Below, one piece after another: positions 40,172 through 50,030 of a stretch of DNA of 64,000 nucleotides; positions within the stretch are counted from its first letter, which is position 1; each line of letters opens with the position of its first letter. This DNA is from an uncultured Clostridia bacterium (lineage in GTDB: Bacteria; Bacillota; Clostridia; Christensenellales; UBA3700). A program made the position numbers and the translations under genes. The stretch is taken from the NCBI GenBank assembly GCA_945992255.1, contig CAMFVQ010000012.1, forward strand, positions 10,071 through 74,070. Reading direction: 5' to 3'. The notes under the pieces were generated by a model that saw only the letters and a program-made list of their open reading frames with translations, ran no database searches and was not told where the DNA came from.

Positions 40172-41914
40172 TTATAGTTTATGTTGGTCAACGATACTCA
40201 CACTTGTTGCGGTAGCGTTGTCAAGCTCTAATACAATTATTTCGTTGTTTTCTTGTAGCCATACACCTGGCAAATACAAAGTTTGTTGTGGACCGATTTC
40301 CCAATATCTGCCAAGGTTGTGTCCGTTCACCCACACATAGCCCTTTGTAAATCCATCAAGTCTAACAAAACAATCTGCTTTGAATTGAGTTTTGAATTGT
40401 CCCTTGAAAAACAGTGGATATTTGCCACAGTTTTTGCCAAAATCAAGCTTATCTAGGTTGTCGAGAGGCAAGCAAGTCACTTCATAATCAAGCAAATTGA
40501 GTGCGCCGAGCTTGAATCCGCTCATACCTTTACGGTCATTGATATGACTACCATAATTGACTCTGCCCATAGCTTCCACAAGTGCCGAAATCTCTCTCTT
40601 GCCCTCGAAACCGCTCACCATAAAGCTGTTTTTGCGGTGTTTGCGAGGAGCTTTTTCGGTCACATCGCATATTTGTTTGAGATTGCCGTCGATATAGATA
40701 TGCGCTCTGTCGTGCAAGTCCTCTATGCTCAATTTTCCCATACTATATTTGCCCTCGAGGCAAGTTTTGTAATAGATAAGTCCATACGACTGGTCATAGC
40801 TTTCCATATGTTGGGCGCAAGCTGTATGATGTTTTGTGCCAATGTTGTCCATATTGTCGAACAAACTTGTCACTTGAGTGAGCTTGACTTCTCCGATATT
40901 TTGGAGCTTTACCACAGACAAAAGTGGCTGAGGTTTCAATCCTTGTTTGCGGTGCATAAGCTCTCTTACTGCGTGGTAAGCAGGCGTATATTCGCCATAC
41001 TCATTGAGCAAAGCGCAATAGTCATAGCTGGTGACAGTAGGTTGATACTTAGCGAAGTGGTTAGCGCCTGCCATAAAGCCAAAGTTGGTACCGCCGTGGA
41101 ACATATAGAAGTTGAAACTTGCATCAATGTCAAAGAAGCTTTCCAACTCCTTCAAGATTGAAGCATATCCTCTAGTGTGATGTTTTTCGCCCCAATGGTC
41201 GAACCAACCGCACCAAAATTCCATACACATTTTTGGTCCATTTTTTGGATAAGCATCTAGGGCTTTCATTCTGCCCTTGACATTGCTACCAAAGTTGATT
41301 GTCTTGAACACATCTGGGAGTGAGCCAGAAGAGAGCATGTTGCACCACTCGCCGTCCGAGGTAAGCAGCAGCACGTCCACCCCAAGCTCTATCATCATAT
41401 CTTTGATATAGTTTAGGTATCTCTTGTCATTGGCATAACTGCCGTACTCATTTTCCACTTGCATAGCAATGATATTGCCACCTTGTGTGATTTGGAGTGG
41501 CAAAAGTTCTTGCATCAGTCTTGCATAGAAAGAGCGAACATGCTCTAGATATGGCTCATAATAGCATCTAAGTTGCATATTCTTGTCTTTGAAGAGCCAC
41601 GCTGGCAAACCACCTGCCTCCCACTCTGCACAAATATATGGACCGGGTCTGACGATGACATACAATCCAAGTTTGGCAGCTGTGCGTACAAAATCAGCAA
41701 TATCGAGATCGCCCTCAAAACAAAACTCACCCTTCTTTGGCTCGTGCAAGTTCCAACTCACATAAGTTTCCACCGTATTGAAGCCTGCAAGTTTGAGCTT
41801 GGTAAGTCTGTCCTCCCAATACTCATGCGGAATACGGAAATAGTGCATAGCACCCGAATAAATATTGAATTTTTTGCCGTCCAGCTCGAAATGATTATCT
41901 TTGATACAAAACAT
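40172..41914 (-). CDS. Beta-galactosidase, glycoside hydrolase family 35
   Basis: It has GAMHYFRIPHEYWEDRLTKLKLAGFNTVETYVSWNLHEP, GPYICAEWEAGGLP and QVENEYGSY. Confidence 0.88.
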   Translation of the reverse strand: MFCIKDNHFELDGKKFNIYSGAMHYFRIPHEYWEDRLTKLKLAGFNTVETYVSWNLHEPKKGEFCFEGDLDIADFVRTAAKLGLYVIVRPGPYICAEWEAGGLPAWLFKDKNMQLRCYYEPYLEHVRSFYARLMQELLPLQITQGGNIIAMQVENEYGSYANDKRYLNYIKDMMIELGVDVLLLTSDGEWCNMLSSGSLPDVFKTINFGSNVKGRMKALDAYPKNGPKMCMEFWCGWFDHWGEKHHTRGYASILKELESFFDIDASFNFYMFHGGTNFGFMAGANHFAKYQPTVTSYDYCALLNEYGEYTPAYHAVRELMHRKQGLKPQPLLSVVKLQNIGEVKLTQVTSLFDNMDNIGTKHHTACAQHMESYDQSYGLIYYKTCLEGKYSMGKLSIEDLHDRAHIYIDGNLKQICDVTEKAPRKHRKNSFMVSGFEGKREISALVEAMGRVNYGSHINDRKGMSGFKLGALNLLDYEVTCLPLDNLDKLDFGKNCGKYPLFFKGQFKTQFKADCFVRLDGFTKGYVWVNGHNLGRYWEIGPQQTLYLPGVWLQENNEIIVLELDNATATSVSIVDQHKL

Positions 41915-42086
41915 AATTTGCTCCTATCTTATATTCTAAGTATAAGTATATCATTTACATTTTCATTTTTCAAGATAAATTTTTAACAAACACTACTTAT
42001 ATCACCAAGCCCAACTTTTGATATAGACTTTTTGCATATTTTTGACAGCAATAAGGTCGCCTTGTGAGCGACCTTGTCAGTTTATA

Positions 42087-43508
42087 TTATTTTTTTCTTC
42101 CGTATCTGAGTTCCTTATAGATGTTTGGATTGTCGCCGATTGTTGCGTCAGGCTCGATTCCAATTTTTTCCTCATAACCTATGACTTTGCAAGTATGACA
42201 AAATGCTGTAGCCGTCTTTGGCAATGGGAATTCTCTTGTCACGAAGTTTACTTTGTCCATATTGTTGACCACAGCTTTATTTTCATCTAGTTTATCAGTT
42301 GCCAACACAATCATACCGAGGTGAACATACTTCTTGCCGTTTTTGTGATAGAAGAAATGGTCATATTCGTCCTTGTTAATCTCCTCGGCAACCATTCCGT
42401 TTACCAAGTTTGCCCATCTCTCTGTTGCAGGCATAATTGCAGCATTCTCCGAGTCTTTCCAGTTGTAAATATCAAGGAAGCCTTCGATTGTGAGGTCAAC
42501 GAATTTTGCAGGATTGGCATAATCGTTTTTCTTACCTACGGAAGTATATCCCCACAAAACAATGCCTGCTGTCAAAGAGTTGGCAATGACATTGTTCTTC
42601 ATCACGATTTTAGAACCGCCATTCGCATTTGTTTCGATAGATATAGTAGAGTCCGATGCGTTGCGTACAATACAACCCTCCATTGTCACTTTACAAGCAT
42701 TCAAAAAGATTACTTTGTGCGAGTTTTCCGCAATGATATTTTTCATTGTTACGCTTGGCTTAAAGCTAGGCGAACCATAAACCACAATCAAACAACCATA
42801 GTTGTTGAACGTTTGCAAGTCAAGTGACGTGCCTTTTTCCAAAATCTTACCAGTAATTTTGAAGTCTTGGATTGTTATATCTTTTGCCTTGCTACAATCA
42901 AGTGCAGTATCTCCACCGTCTTTGTTGATTTTGCTTACGATACCGTTTGCATCGATGACATGACCGTTACCATAAATATCATTGGTGATGTCCAAAGTAG
43001 CAGACTTAGTTTGACTTGGTGGGATAAGTAGGCCTGCCAAAGTGCGTGGGTCTTGGAGCTTGATATCAGCTTGCAAAACAACCTTATCCGAGTTGCGAGT
43101 AGCATAATAGAATTGCTCGAAGTTGAAGACATTGATGCCGTCTTTGACTATGTAAACATTGGCAATATACTCGAGTGCCTTATTTTTCAAAATCTTGATT
43201 TTGAACTTGCCCTCGCCAGTGATTGTAAGCAAAGTGCCTGACAGGGTAGCTTTGCCGCCGTGTTCGAGTGGAATAAGTTCATAAGATGGGTCGAACAAAC
43301 CTGCCAAATTTAGCTCGTTGGTCTTTTTCAAACCATTTTCATAAGTCAATGAGCCTACATAGAAGTCGTTTTCCATCCAAACGTCCAAGTCCTCGACATC
43401 GATTGGTGGTGGCGGATTGACTTTTTTACAACCAACAAATGTTGTCATCAAAACAGAAAACAACAATATCAAAAATATTATTTTACTGATTTTTCCTATT
43501 TTTTTCAT
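42087..43508 (-). CDS. Lipoprotein with probable right-handed beta-helix repeats
   Basis: Lipobox LMTTFVGC. The middle has repetitive I/V-x-N/G turns (ITIQDFKITG, IVRNASDSTISIETNANGGSKIVMKNNVIANS). Confidence 0.55.
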   Translation of the reverse strand: MKKIGKISKIIFLILLFSVLMTTFVGCKKVNPPPPIDVEDLDVWMENDFYVGSLTYENGLKKTNELNLAGLFDPSYELIPLEHGGKATLSGTLLTITGEGKFKIKILKNKALEYIANVYIVKDGINVFNFEQFYYATRNSDKVVLQADIKLQDPRTLAGLLIPPSQTKSATLDITNDIYGNGHVIDANGIVSKINKDGGDTALDCSKAKDITIQDFKITGKILEKGTSLDLQTFNNYGCLIVVYGSPSFKPSVTMKNIIAENSHKVIFLNACKVTMEGCIVRNASDSTISIETNANGGSKIVMKNNVIANSLTAGIVLWGYTSVGKKNDYANPAKFVDLTIEGFLDIYNWKDSENAAIMPATERWANLVNGMVAEEINKDEYDHFFYHKNGKKYVHLGMIVLATDKLDENKAVVNNMDKVNFVTREFPLPKTATAFCHTCKVIGYEEKIGIEPDATIGDNPNIYKELRYGRKK

Positions 43509-43752
43509 ACATTTCCCCTTTTTTGCATTAACACTATTTTACAATAATTTTACTTACAATACAAGTCAAAATTGGAAAATTTTACATCTTAAAAAATTAT
43601 AATATACTCAGTATTATAATCTAACTTTATTTTAGCTTAACATAACCTTAATATATTCACTTTGCTAACACCAACATTTTTATTGTACGCCGAATTGGAT
43701 ATTGACAAGATGACATTTATAAGCTAGCATACCTATATATAGGGAGAAAGTT

Positions 43753-44658
43753 ATGAAGCATTCTTACAAATCACGCAAAATTTTCAGAAACATTTTGGCA
43801 AGTTGCAAAGTAATAGCAGGTGCATTTTTGATGGCTTTGTCGATACATAGTTTTACCATTCCTGCCAAGTTTATCCCAGGCGGCGTGTCAGGTATCGCCT
43901 CTATGCTCCAAATTCTCACTTCATTTCCTGCGAGCTATTCGGTATTCCTCATCAACTTTCCACTTGTTATTCTTTCATTTTGGAAAATGAACAAGACATT
44001 TGCGCTAAAATCTTTGGGCGGAATTGTGCTTACTTCAACTTCCTTGTTTTTGTTCTCCCAATTCAATTTTTTCACTTACGAAAATCCAACCAATCCACTT
44101 ATCCCTGCCATAGCAGGCGGTATTTTGTCAGGTGCAGGCATTGGACTTTTGGTCAGCAGCGAATTTTACCCAGGCGGAACTGAGATTGCCAGCGCTATGC
44201 TCCAAAAAAAGCATTCTTCGATGTCAATGTCTTGGATAATTTTTGTCATCAATTGTATCATCATTTCTGTGGGCAGTTTGCTCTACCGCTTTGTTGGCAA
44301 AATGACTCCAACCGAGATTATCACCATTGTGGTATGTTCTTACATTCAGATTTTCTTCAATGCCAAAAGTATGGATATTGTACTCAACGGTGGCAACTAT
44401 GCAGTCAAATTCGAGGTCATCACCGACAAGTCTACCGAACTCACCCAAGCAATTTCCAACAAACTTGGTCGTTCTGTCACCATAATGACAGGTCAAGGCG
44501 GATACAGCCAAGAACAAAATGATGTGCTTATTTGCGTCATCACTCGTACCCAAATTTCCACATTCAAACGCATTTTGAAAGAGATTGACCCATCAGCTTT
44601 CGCCTTTGCGATGAACACTCGAGAAGTGCTAGGCCGTGGCTTTACCAAAGTCAAATAA
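43753..44658 (+). CDS. YitT-family membrane protein (DUF161/DUF2179)
   Basis: A multi-TM N-terminus with the GGVSGIA motif, and a soluble C-terminal domain (GRSVTIMTGQGGYS...VLICVITRTQISTFKRILKEIDPSAFA). Confidence 0.8.
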   Translation: MKHSYKSRKIFRNILASCKVIAGAFLMALSIHSFTIPAKFIPGGVSGIASMLQILTSFPASYSVFLINFPLVILSFWKMNKTFALKSLGGIVLTSTSLFLFSQFNFFTYENPTNPLIPAIAGGILSGAGIGLLVSSEFYPGGTEIASAMLQKKHSSMSMSWIIFVINCIIISVGSLLYRFVGKMTPTEIITIVVCSYIQIFFNAKSMDIVLNGGNYAVKFEVITDKSTELTQAISNKLGRSVTIMTGQGGYSQEQNDVLICVITRTQISTFKRILKEIDPSAFAFAMNTREVLGRGFTKVK

Positions 44659-44682
44659 TCATTTCAACATAGCGCATATCAC

Positions 44683-44720
44683 AGCCCCTATTGCCCACCA
44701 ATAGGGGCTATTGTATATTT
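44683..44720. terminator. Hairpin between convergent genes
   Basis: AGCCCCTATT (44683..44692) and AATAGGGGCT (44700..44709) form the stem. The T-tract is weak. Confidence 0.45.
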
Positions 44721-45109
44721 GGGCGAGTGGTATTGGGCGGCACTTGCCCACTTTGATATTCTCGGTTCTCTATCATTTCTTGATTTATGGCAAAACTATC
44801 TTTGTTTTCTTTGCTTTCTGTCATCTCATCGACTATGTTTGAGCTACCCTCCAAGTCACCACTTGCATTGTATGTATTGCTTTCTGTGTCTTGCATTTTG
44901 GGCGATATGTATCGACTTTTTGATATATTTGTTGTGTTTTTTGTCAGCCTTTGGAGTAGCTTACTGCCCTCTCCAATCATATTCAGCAGCATATCATCTA
45001 TATCTTCCCATTCGCCTTTGAAGTCGCTCTCGATCAGCTCCAACATAGCCTTTTCGCTTCTCAGCAAGCTCTTGACAACTCTATCGATTTTTGCTTGTCT
45101 TTTTTGCAT
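44708..45109 (-). CDS. Hypothetical protein (133 aa), uncertain
   Basis: ATG at 45109 follows GGGGGA. The N-terminal 55 aa look helical (MQKRQAKIDRVVKSLLRSEKAMLELIESDF...), but the distal half is low-complexity and contains element copy f. Confidence 0.35.
   Translation of the reverse strand: MQKRQAKIDRVVKSLLRSEKAMLELIESDFKGEWEDIDDMLLNMIGEGSKLLQRLTKNTTNISKSRYISPKMQDTESNTYNASGDLEGSSNIVDEMTESKENKDSFAINQEMIENREYQSGQVPPNTTRPNIQ
44892..44930 (+). repeat. Recurrent palindromic element, copy f
   Basis: TGCATTTTGGGCGATATGTATCGACTTTTTGATATATTT shares the extended 3' flank CTTTTTGATATATTT with copy d. Confidence 0.7.
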
Positions 45110-45218
45110 AATTCCCCCTTGTATATTATATTCTTCGTGCGTATACTTTGTTAAATAATTATCACCATTGACAATGGTATTTTTCCTTGCTACAATCATA
45201 TCATCAGGGGGATAAACA

Positions 45219-46268
45219 ATGACACATATTTCATCACTTCGTACACCTGTCGCTCCACCACATTCTATTGTGGACAAGAGCGGACAAGCGGCTTTTGGCA
45301 CTTTCGACAGAGAAATTGTCAATCTCAATTTTGGCGATTGTGTGCGTCCTTTCGACAAGGATATGAGCCAAACAATGCAAAACTTCAAGCTTACCCAATG
45401 GGAAGCCACCGAGATTGTTACCGATGACCACGCTATAGTCACGGCGGTATATTCGATGGGCAAAATTGGCTTTGGCTTGATTGTTGTATTCGACCGCAAA
45501 AATCACACAATCAAGAGCTACTTCAAGCCTTCCACCAGCAAAAAATTGACGATTGCGCCCAACCTTATTGACACAGTAACCAAGTTGCAATCCTATTCGA
45601 CCAACATAAAAATGGAGAACAATATGCACACTGGCAAGGCTCATTCGCACGGCTACTCTCACAGCAAGAGCAAGGGCAACTGCCGTTTTGATTGTCACCT
45701 CAGCAGACTATCACCTGCGAGCATTGTGTGTATTCCGTTCGGCAAGAACATGCCGCTCTATTCCCAAAAAGACTTTTTCAAAGCCGATGGCTTCATCGAA
45801 CTTGCCGGCAACAAGATTTTCACCAACGAAAATTCTGTGGCAATCATCGATGACCACAAGGGCTACTACCCTCGCTCAGCGCACTATGATTGGCTGACCT
45901 CTATGGGCAGAATGGAACACGATGGCAAGCAAATTTATGCCGCTTTCAATCTTACTCGCAACCAATCTATCGACCAAGACAACTACAACGAGAACGTGCT
46001 TTGGCTCGAGGATAGACAAGTCCAGCTTCCACCTGTCCAATTCCAAAAAAGTCAAGATATATGGCATGTCTATGACCAATACGGTATGGTTGATTTGAGT
46101 TTTATCATTCTCAACACGTTCAAAATGGTGACCAACATTGGCGTGTACAAAGTCGAATATTATTTGCCTTTCGGCAAGCTCTCTGGCTTCATCAAAGATG
46201 AAAACGGCGAAGTTTACAAATTCGACAACATGATAGGCATTGGCGAAGACAAAACAACATTGATCTAA
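45219..46268 (+). CDS. Conserved hypothetical protein (possibly DUF2804-like)
   Basis: 349 aa, a good RBS (GGGGGA) and non-repetitive composition. The family assignment is by memory only. Confidence 0.5.
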   Translation: MTHISSLRTPVAPPHSIVDKSGQAAFGTFDREIVNLNFGDCVRPFDKDMSQTMQNFKLTQWEATEIVTDDHAIVTAVYSMGKIGFGLIVVFDRKNHTIKSYFKPSTSKKLTIAPNLIDTVTKLQSYSTNIKMENNMHTGKAHSHGYSHSKSKGNCRFDCHLSRLSPASIVCIPFGKNMPLYSQKDFFKADGFIELAGNKIFTNENSVAIIDDHKGYYPRSAHYDWLTSMGRMEHDGKQIYAAFNLTRNQSIDQDNYNENVLWLEDRQVQLPPVQFQKSQDIWHVYDQYGMVDLSFIILNTFKMVTNIGVYKVEYYLPFGKLSGFIKDENGEVYKFDNMIGIGEDKTTLI

Positions 46269-46330
46269 CGTATTGCATAAATTTATCAATGATTGGTATA
46301 TCATTCTTGTCTTTTACACAGCACAAACTA

Positions 46331-46355
46331 AGGCTCGCATCTAGCGAGCTTTTTC
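46331..46355 (+). terminator. Intrinsic terminator
   Basis: GGCTCGC-ATCTA-GCGAGCT followed by TTTT. Confidence 0.65.
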
Positions 46356-46410
46356 AATATCTTTTGTATTTTATTTTTGCTTTTGGCAATACTATGCTTG
46401 GAGGTGAAAA

Positions 46411-46998
46411 ATGCAACTTATCAAAAGCAAAACATACCAAAATTTAGCAAAGTCCTTTGCAGGCGAATGTCAAGCACACGTGAGATATCTCTTCATCGAA
46501 TACGGTGCACGCAACGAGGGGTACAAAGCCTTGTCCGAACTCATCGACAATGTTGTCTACCAAGAATTCAACCACGCTCGTATGCTCTACACTTTTATTC
46601 AGCAAGCAAGTGATGACACCATTGACAACATTGATATTTGCTCTGGCTATCCGTTCAAAGAAAAGTGGGATTTGGTGGAAAATCTCCGCCTAGCAAGCCA
46701 AGATGAACATATCGAGGCGACCAAAATTTATCCTGAGTATGCCAAAGTGGCAAAAGATGAGGGATTCGATGAAATTGCAACGCTTTTCGACAATCTAGTC
46801 CAAGTCGAAACTTGTCACAGCAAGCTTTTCGATGACCTATACAACCAAATGAAGAGCAAAACAATGTACAAAAAAGATACTCGCATCAAATGGAAATGTT
46901 CGGGTTGTGGCTATGAGAACGAGGCAAAACAAGCTTGGGAAACTTGTCCGCTGTGCGGTGCTCCCCAAGGTGCTGTCTTGCTAGACTTGCCCCAATGA
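46411..46998 (+). CDS. rbr: Rubrerythrin
   Basis: N-terminal di-iron four-helix bundle (TYQNLAKSFAGECQAHVRY, QEFNHARMLY, EHIEATKIYPEY) plus a C-terminal rubredoxin-like CSGCG...CPLCG. Confidence 0.9.
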   Translation: MQLIKSKTYQNLAKSFAGECQAHVRYLFIEYGARNEGYKALSELIDNVVYQEFNHARMLYTFIQQASDDTIDNIDICSGYPFKEKWDLVENLRLASQDEHIEATKIYPEYAKVAKDEGFDEIATLFDNLVQVETCHSKLFDDLYNQMKSKTMYKKDTRIKWKCSGCGYENEAKQAWETCPLCGAPQGAVLLDLPQ

Positions 46999-47004
46999 CA
47001 CCTG

Positions 47005-47033
47005 TCGCCCTAGTGTGAGCTAGGGCGATTTTG
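47005..47033 (+). terminator. Terminator of rbr
   Basis: TCGCCCTAG-TGTGAG-CTAGGGCGA followed by TTTT. Confidence 0.75.
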
Positions 47034-47171
47034 TCCACTTTTTCGCAATTGGGGATATTTTTCTTCTCATTTTCCGCATTTTCTCTATCTTCCAAATATC
47101 TGCATTTTGTTTGGCAGGCTTTCAAAAATATTTGTTAAACGCCCCCTTCCACTTAATCTACTCATATTCGT

Positions 47172-47200
47172 TTGACATTTTGGCTAGATAATTGTACAAT
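47172..47200 (+). promoter_or_regulatory. Promoter of the TPP-riboswitch operon
   Basis: TTGACA (47172..47177), 17 nt, then TGTACAAT (extended -10, hexamer at 47195..47200). Confidence 0.75.
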
Positions 47201-47207
47201 CAAATCA

Positions 47208-47343
47208 ACAATATGGCGGAGCTGAAAGGCTGAGAGGTTATTGAGTTAACGACGCCCAACCTGATCTAGGTAATGCTAGCGTAGGAATTATGCAGATAAT
47301 TTTGTCTTTACTTGCGTGCTTAGATTGGGCACGCATTTTTTTT
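47208..47343 (+). promoter_or_regulatory. TPP (THI-box) riboswitch with a terminator expression platform
   Basis: GGCGGAGCTGAAAGGCTGAGAGG...ACGCCCAACCTGATCTAGGTAATGCTAGCGTAGGAA carries the CTGAGA and ACCTGATCTGG-TAATGC-AGCGTAGGGA-type boxes. It is followed by TGCGTGC-N8-GCACGCA and a T8 run (47313..47343). Confidence 0.9.
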
Positions 47344-47353
47344 GGAGAGTACA

Positions 47354-47992
47354 ATGAACAATATCTATGACCAATATGCCGCAGAATATGATGCTTGGTT
47401 TGTCCAAAACGACCAACTCTTCTCTTCCGAACTTGACCAACTTCGCAATATGGTGGAGGACTTTTCGTTCGGTTTGGATATTGGCTGTGGCACTGGGCTT
47501 TTTACCTCATTGCTAGGTATCCAACATGCTATCGAGCCATCTGAAAATATGGCAAACATTGCCACCAAACGTGGTATCAATGTAGAGGTAGCATGCGGTG
47601 AACAATTCATTGAACAATACGTTGACAAGTGCGATTTGGTGACAATGACCACCGTGGATAGTTTTGTCCAAGACATTGACCTTGTTTTCAAAAATATCAA
47701 TATGTATTTGAAAAACGGCGGTTTTTTGCTCGTGACATTCCTCAATCTTGCCACTCCACTCGGACAAATGTACGAAAGCACCAAACACGAAAGTCCATAT
47801 TATGACAGTGCAGTTTTCCGCACTCACGAAGAGATTTTACAGCTTCTGCTCGACCACGGTTTGGATTTTGTCAAGTCCGCAAGCACAGTCAGCTCTCTTC
47901 AAAACATTTACCAACCAAGCCAATCAGGCTATGAGGGCGGTGTATTCTGTTCTATACTAGCTCGCAAAACAAACAAATACAAAAAAGATTGA
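47354..47992 (+). CDS. Class I SAM-dependent methyltransferase
   Basis: Motif I is GLDIGCGTGLFTS. ATG at 47354 follows GGAGAG. It is the first gene after the TPP riboswitch. Confidence 0.75.
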   Translation: MNNIYDQYAAEYDAWFVQNDQLFSSELDQLRNMVEDFSFGLDIGCGTGLFTSLLGIQHAIEPSENMANIATKRGINVEVACGEQFIEQYVDKCDLVTMTTVDSFVQDIDLVFKNINMYLKNGGFLLVTFLNLATPLGQMYESTKHESPYYDSAVFRTHEEILQLLLDHGLDFVKSASTVSSLQNIYQPSQSGYEGGVFCSILARKTNKYKKD

Positions 47993-48013
47993 TTTCAATC
48001 GAAGGAGAACAAT

Positions 48014-48310
48014 ATGTTGCACAGCATCGCAATCCAAATTTTGCCAGAAACTCTTGATGACCAAGAAGTTATTCGTGTAGTTGATACCGTTATCGACTAT
48101 ATCAAATCCACAGGACTCAACTACTATGTAGGACCTTGCGAAACAGCTATCGAGGGCGAAGACCTTGACCAACTTTTCGATGTGATGAAGAATTGTATGA
48201 TCATCGCAGGCAAAGAAAATCCACGTGGAGTTTCTGCATTTATGAAAGCTTACTATCGCCCTGCAGGAGAAGTATTGACCATTGAAAAGAAAGTTACCAA
48301 ACATCACTAA
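48014..48310 (+). CDS. MTH1187/YkoF-family thiamine-binding protein
   Basis: 98 aa: MLHSIAIQILPETLDDQEVIRVVDTVIDYIKSTGLNYYVGPCETAIEGE. This is the DUF77/YkoF-like ACT fold pattern. Confidence 0.7.
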   Translation: MLHSIAIQILPETLDDQEVIRVVDTVIDYIKSTGLNYYVGPCETAIEGEDLDQLFDVMKNCMIIAGKENPRGVSAFMKAYYRPAGEVLTIEKKVTKHH

Positions 48311-49052
48311 TTTTCTTATTCCTACCGCTTTCGTGGTGGCGATACTCATCATTTGGGAAGTCGTTGCAAGGCTAGAAGTCGTGCCACATTATATGTTGCC
48401 CTCTTTTACCGCCTGTTGCAAAGCTTTTGTCAAAGACTTTCCGCTGTTGATGAAACACACCGGCTACACCCTAGCCGAAGCTTTTGCCGGTCTTAGTTGC
48501 GGTATTTTGCTAGCCTTGGTGATTGCCCTGCTTATGGACAACTCCAAGATACTCTACAAAGGTATCAAGCCGCTTATGACTTTGTCGCAAACAATCCCAA
48601 CCGTGTGTATTGCTCCACTGCTCGTGCTGTGGTTTGGTTATGAAATGCTCCCAAAAGTCATACTCATCACCATCACCACATTCTTCCCTATTGCGGTAGG
48701 CTTGCTAGACGGCTTCAAGTCCGTGGACAAAAATCTCATCGGACTTATGCAATCTATGAACGCTACCAAGCTCCAAATTTATCGCTATGCCAAATTCCCA
48801 AATGCCCTAGTTGGCTTTTTCTCAGGACTAAAAATATCCGTTACTTACTCTATTGTAGGAGCGGTAATATCCGAGTGGCTAGGCGGTTTTTACGGACTAG
48901 GAGTATATATTATCCGTGTCAAAAAATCATATAGTTTTGACAAAATGTTCGCCGCAATTATGCTCATATCGGCACTTTCGCTGATATTGATGACGATATG
49001 CGACCTACTCAGCAAACACTTTACAAAAAATCTCAAAGGAGAAAAAATATGA
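48282..49052 (+). CDS. thiX: ABC transporter permease (NitT/TauT family; ThiX-like)
   Basis: Six-TM BPD-type permease. It overlaps the upstream gene, and its stop overlaps the next ATG (ATATGA). Confidence 0.7.
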   Translation: MKRKLPNITNFLIPTAFVVAILIIWEVVARLEVVPHYMLPSFTACCKAFVKDFPLLMKHTGYTLAEAFAGLSCGILLALVIALLMDNSKILYKGIKPLMTLSQTIPTVCIAPLLVLWFGYEMLPKVILITITTFFPIAVGLLDGFKSVDKNLIGLMQSMNATKLQIYRYAKFPNALVGFFSGLKISVTYSIVGAVISEWLGGFYGLGVYIIRVKKSYSFDKMFAAIMLISALSLILMTICDLLSKHFTKNLKGEKI

Positions 49053-50029
49053 AAAAAGCAATCGTAGTAACACTACTTATCATGACAGTTGTCGTTTCTT
49101 TGTTCGCTTTCGCAGGCTGCAACAAAGACAAAGACGCTATCACTTTCCTACTTGACTGGACACCAAATACCAACCACACTGGACTTTATGTAGCTAAAGA
49201 GCTTGGCTACTTCAAAGAGGCAGGCTTTGACAATGTCAAAATCGAACAACCGGGCGAAACTGGTACTTCTATGCTTGTTGCATCAGGCAATGCCCAATTT
49301 GGTATCGACTTCCAAGAGCAAATGGCTCCCAACCGTGATGCCGGTATCGAAGTAACCGCAATCGCAACCATTATCCAACACAATAGCTCTGGTATTCTAT
49401 CCCTAAAAGAAGACAATATTGTATCTGCAAAAGATATGGAAGGCAAAGTATATGCTACTTGGGGTTTGCCAATCGAGCAAGCTATCGTCAAGAAAGTTAT
49501 GGCTGACCAAGGCGCAGATTTTAGCAAAGTAAATCTTCACCCTGACTTTGTAACCGACGCTCTCACCGCTTTGAAAACCAACAGCATTGATTGTGCTTGG
49601 GTGTATGAGGCTTGGGACTTGGAAAGAGCAAAATTGGAAGGATTGGATTACAACTATTTCTCATTCAAGAGCATCAACCCTGTATTCGACTTCTATTCTC
49701 CAGTTATCATCGGCAACAATGACTATTTGAAGAACAACCCAGAAAAAGCAAAAGCTTTCCTTGCTGCTGTCAAGAAAGGTTATGAGTACGCTATGGCTCA
49801 TCCAGAAGAAGCTGCCAATATTCTTTGCAAATATGCACCAGAGCTTGACAAAAATCTTGTACAAAGCAGCCAAAAATTCTTGGCAAACAAGTATGCTGAA
49901 GAGGGCGAAACTTGGGGCGTAATCGATGCTGCTCGTTGGAACAACTTCTACAAGTTCCTCAACGACAACAACCTTGTAGCAACTCCACTTCCAGAAAACT
50001 ACGGTTTCACCAACGACTATCTTGCCTAA
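49049..50029 (+). CDS. thiY: NMT1/THI5-like substrate-binding lipoprotein (ThiY-like; pyrimidine precursor binding)
   Basis: Lipobox LFAFAGC, then LDWTPNTNHTGLYVAKELGYFKEAG, which is typical of ThiY/THI5. Confidence 0.75.
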   Translation: MKKAIVVTLLIMTVVVSLFAFAGCNKDKDAITFLLDWTPNTNHTGLYVAKELGYFKEAGFDNVKIEQPGETGTSMLVASGNAQFGIDFQEQMAPNRDAGIEVTAIATIIQHNSSGILSLKEDNIVSAKDMEGKVYATWGLPIEQAIVKKVMADQGADFSKVNLHPDFVTDALTALKTNSIDCAWVYEAWDLERAKLEGLDYNYFSFKSINPVFDFYSPVIIGNNDYLKNNPEKAKAFLAAVKKGYEYAMAHPEEAANILCKYAPELDKNLVQSSQKFLANKYAEEGETWGVIDAARWNNFYKFLNDNNLVATPLPENYGFTNDYLA

Positions 50030-50030
50030 T

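Noticed and set aside
42052-42076. The hairpin AAGGTCGC-N7-GCGACCTT downstream of the 42087 lipoprotein gene, as a terminator.
   Set aside because: There is no T-run after the stem on the minus strand, so it is not listed as a terminator.
44708-45499. The full 263-aa minus-strand ORF from the track.
   Set aside because: Its first 130 codons run through the promoter, RBS and start of the divergent 45219 gene and are low-complexity. Only the shorter version from ATG 45109 (with an RBS) is retained, at low confidence.
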